The translations under genes and the position numbers were made by a program. The notes under the pieces are model-generated. The model saw only the letters and a list, made by a program, of their open reading frames with translations. It was not told the DNA's origin and did no database searches. Shown piece by piece: positions 57,561-64,000 of a stretch of 64,000 bases of DNA. How positions within the stretch are numbered: position 1 is the stretch's first letter; every line of letters starts with the position of its first letter. The stretch is from Minisyncoccia bacterium (lineage in GTDB: Bacteria; Patescibacteriota; Minisyncoccia; UBA6257; JAVHQB01): positions 194-64,193 of the forward strand of contig JBAQYG010000029.1 in assembly GCA_049299915.1 (NCBI GenBank), given 5' to 3'.

Positions 57561-59685
57561 TATGGATAGTCTAGAAAAGGTTAAAGAAAGATTAACCAAA
57601 CTCAGAAAAGCTATAAACGAATATCGCTATAGCTATCATGTTTTAGATCAGGATCTTGTGGACCCTGAGGTTTTAGATTCTTTAAAAAAAGAGCTATTTG
57701 ATTTAGAAGCTCAATATCCAGAGTTAATTACCCCTGACTCTCCAACCCAACGTGTAGCTGGCAAACCTTTGGCTGAATTTAAGAAAATAAAGCATTCTCA
57801 AAGGATGCTTTCTTTAAATGATGCTTTTAGTCAAAAAGATATGGAGGATTGGTACGCTAGCATTATTAAACTTTTGCCTGGAGAGCCTACTTTAGATTTT
57901 TATTGTGAACAAAAGTTTGACGGACTAGCCATGTCCTTTATTTATAAAAAGGGTTTATTTATAGAAGGTTCTACCCGTGGAGATGGTTATGTAGGAGAAG
58001 ATGTCACTCAAAATTTAAAAACCATAGAAGCTATCCCTCTTAAGTTGAATGACAAGGAAACTTCTGTTAAAGAATTAAAAAAGATGGGGCTGGGTTATAT
58101 TGCAGAGAATTTAGAGAAGACTTGGCCAGAGATAATAGAAATTAGAGGAGAGGTGTTTTTAGCTAAAAAAGAATTTGAACGCATTAACAAAGAAAGACAT
58201 TTAGATAATTTACCTCTTTATGCAAATCCCAGAAATCTTGTAGCTGGATCCATTCGTCAATTAGACTCACAAGTAACAGCTGCCAGAAAGCTTGATTCTT
58301 ATGGTTATATTTTAGTAACTAATTTGGGTCAAACAACTCACGAAGAAGAGCATCTAATAATGAAGTCTTTGGGATTCAAAACTAATCCTCATAACAGTTT
58401 GAAACATGGTTTAGAGGGCGTATATACCTTTTATAAACAACTAGAAAAAGAAAGAGAGTCTCTAGAATATGAAATAGATGGCTCAGTTATCAATGTAAAC
58501 GAAATAAAATATCAAAAGATTTTAGGTGTAGTTGGCAAAGCTCCAAAATGGGCTATTGCTTATAAATTTGCCCCACGCCAAGCAACTACAATAGTAGAGG
58601 ATATCACCGTCCAAGTCGGGCGAACCGGTGTCATTACCCCTGTAGCCCATTTAAAACCGGTTTTAGTAGGTGGGACTGTTATTACTCGTTCTACTTTGCA
58701 CAACAAAGAAGAAATAAAAAGATTAGATCTTAAAATAGGCGATACAGTCATTATTACTAGGGCCGGTGATGTGATCCCTAAAATTACAGCAGTTTTGAAA
58801 GATTTAAGAACTGGTAAGGAGAAAAATTTCATTATGCCAGTTCGTTGCCCAGAATGCCAAACACAAGTGATCCTAAGCACTGACAATATTTTAACCATTT
58901 GTCCGAATAAGGCATGTCCAGCTAGAGATAGACATCGCTTGTATCATTTTACTTCCAAGGCAGCTTTCGATATAAAAGGATTGGGAAGAAAAATTTTAGA
59001 TAAATTAATTAATACCGGACTCATAGAAGATGCAGCAGATATTTTCACCCTCAGTACTGATAGCTTAAAAAGTTTACCAGGATTAGGAGACTTATCAGCT
59101 TTTAATTTAGTAGATGCAATTACCAAAAAAAGAAACGTAACTCTAGAAAAGTTTTTGGTTGCTCTAAGTATTAATCACATAGGCGATCAAAATGCATACC
59201 TAGTTGCTGACTATTTAATTAAAATAGCGAAATCTCTAGACTTGTCTTTAAAAACGCCTAGAGATCTTTGGCTAATTGGCTCACGAATAGATCAAACATC
59301 TTGGCAAACTATCAATGCTTTCGGTCCTAAAATAGGGGAAAGCTTAGAAGACTATTTTTCTCACAAAGAGAATAAAGAACTTTTAGAGAAGCTTAGTTCC
59401 AATGGGGTCTCTTTAATTTTGAAACCTATTAGCCATCATTTACCTTGGCATAATTTCACTTTCGTTTTTACAGGAACTTTAAAAAACCTTAGTCGGGAGC
59501 AAGCAGAAAATGAAGTTAAAATTCTGGGGGGCAAAGCTAGCGGAAGCGTTACTAGTAAAACTAATTACTTAGTAATAGGAGATAATCCGGGTAGCAAATA
59601 TAATAAAGCCCAAGAATTAAATGTTAAGATTCTTAAGGAAGATGAGTTTACAAGTCTTCTAGATAAAGCGAAAAAGCTATCTTAA
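57553..59685 (+). CDS. ligA: NAD-dependent DNA ligase.
   Basis: Adenylation KxDG motif (EQKFDGLA), OB fold, Zn-finger Cys cluster, HhH and C-terminal BRCT. Confidence 0.9.
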   Translation: MNNMDSLEKVKERLTKLRKAINEYRYSYHVLDQDLVDPEVLDSLKKELFDLEAQYPELITPDSPTQRVAGKPLAEFKKIKHSQRMLSLNDAFSQKDMEDWYASIIKLLPGEPTLDFYCEQKFDGLAMSFIYKKGLFIEGSTRGDGYVGEDVTQNLKTIEAIPLKLNDKETSVKELKKMGLGYIAENLEKTWPEIIEIRGEVFLAKKEFERINKERHLDNLPLYANPRNLVAGSIRQLDSQVTAARKLDSYGYILVTNLGQTTHEEEHLIMKSLGFKTNPHNSLKHGLEGVYTFYKQLEKERESLEYEIDGSVINVNEIKYQKILGVVGKAPKWAIAYKFAPRQATTIVEDITVQVGRTGVITPVAHLKPVLVGGTVITRSTLHNKEEIKRLDLKIGDTVIITRAGDVIPKITAVLKDLRTGKEKNFIMPVRCPECQTQVILSTDNILTICPNKACPARDRHRLYHFTSKAAFDIKGLGRKILDKLINTGLIEDAADIFTLSTDSLKSLPGLGDLSAFNLVDAITKKRNVTLEKFLVALSINHIGDQNAYLVADYLIKIAKSLDLSLKTPRDLWLIGSRIDQTSWQTINAFGPKIGESLEDYFSHKENKELLEKLSSNGVSLILKPISHHLPWHNFTFVFTGTLKNLSREQAENEVKILGGKASGSVTSKTNYLVIGDNPGSKYNKAQELNVKILKEDEFTSLLDKAKKLS

Positions 59686-59742
59686 TTAGATTGCAAAGAA
59701 GCTTCAATTATAGTAAGCTGACTCTATTTAAAACACTTTTCT

Positions 59743-60027
59743 ATGTTAGATAAAAGAAATATAGACCATTTAGCCGAATTAGCACGCTTACGTCTTACAG
59801 ACGAAGAAAATTCGATATTGGGTAATGATTTAGAAGGGATTTTGAACTATGTTAACCAATTAGCAGAAGCCAAAATAGATGATTTGCCTGATGCTTCTTC
59901 AGGATTAATTCAGAACGTAGTTAGAGAAGATTCTAACCCCATTGTTGATAGCTCTTTGAGCGAAGCTATTATTAAACATTTTCCTAATCAAGAGGGGCGA
60001 AACCTTAAAATTCCTCCAGTATTTTAA
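59743..60027 (+). CDS. gatC: Asp/Glu-tRNA amidotransferase subunit C.
   Basis: A 94-aa protein with the HLAELARLRLTDEE motif. Confidence 0.8.
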   Translation: MLDKRNIDHLAELARLRLTDEENSILGNDLEGILNYVNQLAEAKIDDLPDASSGLIQNVVREDSNPIVDSSLSEAIIKHFPNQEGRNLKIPPVF

Positions 60028-60031
60028 ATCC

Positions 60032-61447
60032 ATGATAAAAGATATTCATTCTAAATTAGTCAGCCAAAAAATAAAGGTCACAGACCTCATTACTTCTTAT
60101 AAAAGTAATATTAATAGTCGAAATAGCGAATTAAATGCTTACTTATCTATTAATGAGGGCGACTCTTTAAAAGAAGATATAGAAAGAGCAGAAACAATTT
60201 TAAAAAATGATCCAAATGAGCTTTTGGCAGGTATTCCGATCGCTATAAAAGATAATATTTTAGTTAACGGATTAAAAGCTACTGCTGGTTCCAAGATTCT
60301 AGAAAATTATGTGGCAATAGAAGATGCCACTGTTATCAAAAAATTAAAAAGTAGAGGAGCTATTATTTTGGGCAAAACTAATTTGGATGAATTTGCCATG
60401 GGCTCCTCAACTGAACATTCTGCTTTTGGCCCAACTCATAATCCTTATAATCTTAATTTAGTACCTGGAGGTTCTTCGGGTGGTTCAGCTGCAGCCGTAG
60501 CAGCTGATTTAGCTGTAGCAGCTTTAGGTTCGGATACTGGCGGGTCTATTAGGCAGCCAGCTGCCTTTTGTGGAATAGTAGGTTTTAAACCTAGTTACGG
60601 AGCAGTTTCACGTTATGGCCTATTAGCCCTATCTTCATCCCTAGACCAAATTGGTCCACTGACAAAAGATGTAGAAGATTGCAAGATTATTTTTCAAGCC
60701 ATCGTAGGCAAAGATGAAAAAGATGCCACTACCACAGAGATAGAAAAGAGTAGCAATCTTTCTGATTTAAAATCTATTAAAATAGGCTTGCCAAAAGAAT
60801 ACTTTGTTGAAGGTACTGATGGTGAAATACAGAATAAACTTAAGGTTTTAATAGAGAAGTTAAAAACACTAGGGGTAACTATAGTAGAAGTCAGTTTGCC
60901 TTTAACTAAACTAGCTTTGCCCTGTTATTATATTATTATGCCAGCCGAGGCCAGTTCTAACTTAGGACGTTATGATGGTATTCGTTATGCTAATGCAAAT
61001 GGGTTTAAAGAAAATGAAGGACTCCTCGATTATTATTTAAGAAATAAAGGGGAAGGGTTTGGGGCAGAAACTCGAAGACGAATCTTGCTCGGTACTTATG
61101 TTTTATCAGCAGGCTATTACGATACTTATTATAAAAAAGCCTTACAAGTACAAGCAGCTATTCGCAGAGATTTTGATAATGTGTTTAAACAAGTTGATTA
61201 TTTATTAACTCCGACAACCCCTACAGCTGCCTTTCCTTTGGGTGCGAAGACAAACGATCCTGTCTCCATGTATTTGGCAGATATCTTTACTGTTTCTGCT
61301 AATTTAGCAGGTGTGCCAGCTATTAGCTTAAATTTAGGTAATAATAAGGATGGTCTGCCTTTAGGGGTACAATTAATAGCCAGTCGCTATCACGACCTAG
61401 ATCTTTTGGATGTAAGTGAAAAAATAGAGGGTATTATTAAAGAATAG
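60032..61447 (+). CDS. gatA: Asp/Glu-tRNA amidotransferase subunit A (amidase).
   Basis: Amidase signature GGSSGGSAAAVAA and the catalytic region KDN...S. Confidence 0.9.
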   Translation: MIKDIHSKLVSQKIKVTDLITSYKSNINSRNSELNAYLSINEGDSLKEDIERAETILKNDPNELLAGIPIAIKDNILVNGLKATAGSKILENYVAIEDATVIKKLKSRGAIILGKTNLDEFAMGSSTEHSAFGPTHNPYNLNLVPGGSSGGSAAAVAADLAVAALGSDTGGSIRQPAAFCGIVGFKPSYGAVSRYGLLALSSSLDQIGPLTKDVEDCKIIFQAIVGKDEKDATTTEIEKSSNLSDLKSIKIGLPKEYFVEGTDGEIQNKLKVLIEKLKTLGVTIVEVSLPLTKLALPCYYIIMPAEASSNLGRYDGIRYANANGFKENEGLLDYYLRNKGEGFGAETRRRILLGTYVLSAGYYDTYYKKALQVQAAIRRDFDNVFKQVDYLLTPTTPTAAFPLGAKTNDPVSMYLADIFTVSANLAGVPAISLNLGNNKDGLPLGVQLIASRYHDLDLLDVSEKIEGIIKE

Positions 61448-61458
61448 ATTAAGCACTC

Positions 61459-61941
61459 ATGAAAAATACTTTTTTCGCCATCCTTAAAATATTTAGTCTT
61501 CTATTATCCATTTTTCTTATTTGGAGAATCTTTGCTTACTATAAAAAATTAGATTTGTGGAAGAAAAAGATTGGCAATTGGAAAGAAATCTTTTGGTTAA
61601 ATAAAACACCCCTTTTTATTCTAAAACGTAGATATAAGAAAATAGAAGAATTGTTAATGTCTCAAAATAGGGGAGCTTGGCAAATAGCAGTTTTAAAAGC
61701 CGATGCCCTCGTAAAGTCAGTTCTTCTAGAAATGGGTTACAAAGGAAAAGATGTGGGTGATATGGCAGGGCAATTATTACCTGAAATAGTTCCCGAAGAA
61801 ATTAAATTTAATTTAAAGTTAGCCAATGAAGTTTGCCATCAGATAGTAGAAAGACAGGGTATACTTTCTCAAGAAGATGCTAAAAAGTATGTTGTTTCTT
61901 ACAGGAACGCATTAGAAGTATTGGGAATTAAAATATCCTAG
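61459..61941 (+). CDS. Membrane-anchored hypothetical protein (160 aa) where gatB would be expected.
   Basis: N-terminal TM helix and no GatB motifs. Confidence 0.4.
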   Translation: MKNTFFAILKIFSLLLSIFLIWRIFAYYKKLDLWKKKIGNWKEIFWLNKTPLFILKRRYKKIEELLMSQNRGAWQIAVLKADALVKSVLLEMGYKGKDVGDMAGQLLPEIVPEEIKFNLKLANEVCHQIVERQGILSQEDAKKYVVSYRNALEVLGIKIS

Positions 61942-61958
61942 CATTGCTAGGATATTTT
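61935..61958. terminator. Bidirectional terminator-like hairpin between this gene and the convergent tyrS.
   Basis: Hairpin tcctagc/gctagga with loop att, followed by TATTTT. It overlaps the stop codon. Confidence 0.45.
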
Positions 61959-61967
61959 AGTAGTAGT

Positions 61968-63200
61968 TTATTTGATTCTCCAGAAATCATGTTTACCAAT
62001 CTTTAAAACATCGCCAGCTTTGTAGGCATAGATCTTATCCCATTCTTTACAAGCTACATCTTCTAGACTAACTCCGCCCTGTTCTATTAATCTTCTGGCA
62101 AAGCTTTTGCTCATATCTGGCTTAGCTATTAAAACTAGATCGATAAGTTTTAGCTCTGACCCTACTGTTATAATGGCGTAATCAGAAAGAGATATAGATT
62201 CTTCTAAATTCAACTCATAAGATTTTTTACCAAATAATCTTTCGAAACGGCCCTCTGCAGATTCAGCTTCTTTCTTACCGTAATTTATTTCTGTGATAAG
62301 AAAGGCTAATTTCTTTTTCAAATCCTTAGGATTAGTACCTTGAGTAAGCTTTTCTTTTATTTCAAGCAATTCATTTTCGCTAATATTAGTACAGAGTTCG
62401 AAACCACTGAGAATCAATGAATCTGACCAGGCCATAACCTGTCCATACATATCCGCGGGAGTTACATCGAGGCTTATAATATTACCCTCGGTTTTACCCA
62501 TTTTTTTACCAGAAGGATCAGCTAACAACTTTAAAGTAAGAACAAATTTTTCCTTATGTTTTAAGGCTTTTAAAAGACTTCGCCCACAAAGCATATTAAA
62601 AGTTTGGTCGTTACCACCAACCTCTACATCTACATTCATAAAAACGCTGTCATAAGCTTGGGCTAGGGGATAGAAAAATTCATGTAAATAAATAGGCTTT
62701 TCTTCACTTAAACGTTTTTGGAACATATCCCTTTCAAGCATTTGTTGCACTGTAAAATTCGAGGCTAGGGTAACCAAATCTTTAAAAGTCAATTTGTCAT
62801 GCCAGGAGTGATTGTATTTTAAAATAGCGGGATTGGATCCAGAAAATTTTAAATAACGGCTTGCCTGTTTTTTAAATACGCGACTATTTCTTAAGACCTC
62901 TTTGCGAGTTAATTGTATTCTAGCAGCAGTTTTATCCGTAGGATCACCTATCATGCCTGTAAAAGAACCGATAAGAAATATAATTTGGTGTCCCAATTTC
63001 TGAAATTGAGATAATTTGTTTAAGACAATCGCATTTCCTATGTGTAAAGAATTTGCACTGGGATCAAAACCCGCATAAATACGTAATTTTTTACCACTCA
63101 AAAGTAAGGCTTTAAAAGCATCTGAAGTAGGATAAATATTTTCTACCCCTCTATTTAAAACAAAATCGATATCCTTGGAATTAGTATTGAGAGAAGTCAT
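61968..63200 (-). CDS. tyrS: Tyrosyl-tRNA synthetase.
   Basis: HIGH-class motif (LHIGNAI), KMSKS variant KMGKTEGN, and a C-terminal S4-like domain. Confidence 0.9.
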   Translation of the reverse strand: MTSLNTNSKDIDFVLNRGVENIYPTSDAFKALLLSGKKLRIYAGFDPSANSLHIGNAIVLNKLSQFQKLGHQIIFLIGSFTGMIGDPTDKTAARIQLTRKEVLRNSRVFKKQASRYLKFSGSNPAILKYNHSWHDKLTFKDLVTLASNFTVQQMLERDMFQKRLSEEKPIYLHEFFYPLAQAYDSVFMNVDVEVGGNDQTFNMLCGRSLLKALKHKEKFVLTLKLLADPSGKKMGKTEGNIISLDVTPADMYGQVMAWSDSLILSGFELCTNISENELLEIKEKLTQGTNPKDLKKKLAFLITEINYGKKEAESAEGRFERLFGKKSYELNLEESISLSDYAIITVGSELKLIDLVLIAKPDMSKSFARRLIEQGGVSLEDVACKEWDKIYAYKAGDVLKIGKHDFWRIK

Positions 63201-63336
63201 ATAAACTGAATATTAATGATTACAGTTTAACTTAAAAAATTTTAAAAGACAAAGATCGATCAGAATTATTATAGGAAACTTAAAATCACCATATTGGTGA
63301 TCAGTAAATAGTTTACTTAAACAAAAAAACAAGGGG

Positions 63337-63412
63337 CGCAGTGAACGGGATTCGGACCCGTGATCTCCTCCGTGACAGGGAGGCGCTTTAAGCCAGGCTA
63401 AGCTACCACTGC
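63337..63412 (-). tRNA. tRNA-Asp(GTC).
   Basis: Reverse complement reads GCAGTGGTAGCTTAGCCTGG...CTGTCAC...GGGTCCGAATCCCGT TCACTGC G, with discriminator G73. Confidence 0.8.
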
Positions 63413-63459
63413 AATAGATTTTGATTATACCAAAAAACTATTTGAAAACAAATCTCCGG

Positions 63460-63532
63460 TGACAGGGGTGGGGATCGGACCCACGACCTTGGGTTTATGA
63501 GTCCCATGCTCTACCAACTGAGCTACCCTGCC
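63460..63532 (-). tRNA. Elongator-type tRNA with CAT anticodon (Met, or lysidine-modified Ile2).
   Basis: Reverse complement reads GGCAGGGTAGCTCAGTTGGTAGAGC...CTCATAA...GGGTCCGATCCCCAC CCCTGTC A. The 1:72 pair is Watson-Crick, so it is not the initiator. Confidence 0.7.
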
Positions 63533-63600
63533 ATATTCTTAAAGTGGGATAGAATCTTACTATTTATTCGTTTCACATTCCAGCACCTCTCCAGTCTAAT

Positions 63601-63674
63601 TGGTTGCGGGGACAGGATTTGCACCTGTGTCTTGAGGTTATGGGCCTCACGAGATACTACTTCTCCACCCCGCG
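63601..63674 (-). tRNA. Initiator tRNA-fMet(CAT); CCA is encoded.
   Basis: Reverse complement reads CGCGGGGTGGAG...CCCATAA...CCCCGCAACCA. It has the C1:A72 mismatch and an anticodon-stem G:C pair pattern close to the E. coli initiator. Confidence 0.75.
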
Positions 63675-63846
63675 AAAAAACGAACTTTATTATTATATCA
63701 GAAAACGACCAAATAGCAAGATTGTAGATTTTATCACCGATTTAGCCATATTTTTATACCATTATAGAGCCATTTTGTAAACATTTTTACTTGAAAAAAA
63801 TAGGAATTTTTGTTACAATAAGATGTGATTTTTAATAACTAATCAT

Positions 63847-64000
63847 ATGGAATTTGATATAGAAAGCTATAGAAATGAAGCTCTTAAATCTCTGAAAGCC
63901 ATTAATGACAACAAAGCTCTTGATGCTTGGCACAATCATTACTTGGGGAAGCAGAGTCAATTAGGAATCCTCAATAAAGAGTTAAAAGACAAAAAGGCAG
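63847..64000 (+). CDS. pheS: Phenylalanyl-tRNA synthetase alpha subunit, N-terminal fragment running off the window.
   Basis: N-terminal coiled region (...AWHNHYLGKQSQLGILNKELK) typical of PheS. Only 51 codons are visible. Confidence 0.5.
   Translation, partial: MEFDIESYRNEALKSLKAINDNKALDAWHNHYLGKQSQLGILNKELKDKKA

Noticed and set aside
63497-63727. A 76-aa plus-strand ORF spanning the tRNA-Met/fMet region.
   Set aside because: It overlaps two well-formed tRNA genes on the opposite strand, so it is spurious.
1-64000. Search for CRISPR arrays, IS elements, integrases and transposases.
   Set aside because: No regularly spaced direct repeats were seen. No ORF carries recognisable DDE, tyrosine or serine recombinase motifs. 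The tRNA-adjacent regions lack an integrase.

Overview
This is an AT-rich bacterial chromosomal segment of about one-third GC by eye, with tightly packed, mostly short genes and weak or absent Shine-Dalgarno sequences. The style suggests a small-genome, Patescibacteria/CPR-like lineage, but that is an inference from gene content and style only.

The backbone is housekeeping:
- A partial ileS (type 2), rnj, gpmI, secG, rny, hup, rpsA and a dcd-like gene.
- uvrB-uvrA, then further downstream an alkD-like gene and a short uvrC followed by an Smr-domain protein, then uppS, uppP, mscS, dus, a patatin-like protein and obg.
- comF followed by a complete type IV pilus locus (pilM/N/O, pilB, pilT, pilC, pilin, pilD and four minor pilins), then ligA, gatC, gatA, tyrS and a partial pheS.
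- Nine tRNAs: Leu-CAG, Ala-GGC, Arg-CCT, Ser-CGA, Phe-GAA, Val-TAC, Asp-GTC, an elongator-type CAT, and an initiator fMet with a C1:A72 mismatch.

Accessory content is concentrated between about 12.5 and 28.8 kb:
- A standalone RloC/PrrC-like AAA_13 anticodon-nuclease candidate (16307..18604) sits in an AT-rich gap.
- A tightly packed four-gene operon (18773..23139) encodes a small membrane protein, a membrane-anchored ClpB/ClpC-like double-AAA+ ATPase, a small TM protein and a Pif1-like helicase.
- A compositionally distinct island (about 23.15-26.63 kb) has higher GC, strong AGGAGG ribosome-binding sites and terminator hairpins. It carries a PIN-PhoH (PhoH2/YlaK-like) ATPase and three unknowns.

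Two further micro-cassettes with the same foreign signature lie at 33.37-34.03 kb (two small ORFs between uvrA and a DUF2207 gene) and at 40.06-40.40 kb (one 87-aa basic protein). No CRISPR array or recognisable transposase or integrase was seen. All calls come from motif reading by eye; none were checked by search.
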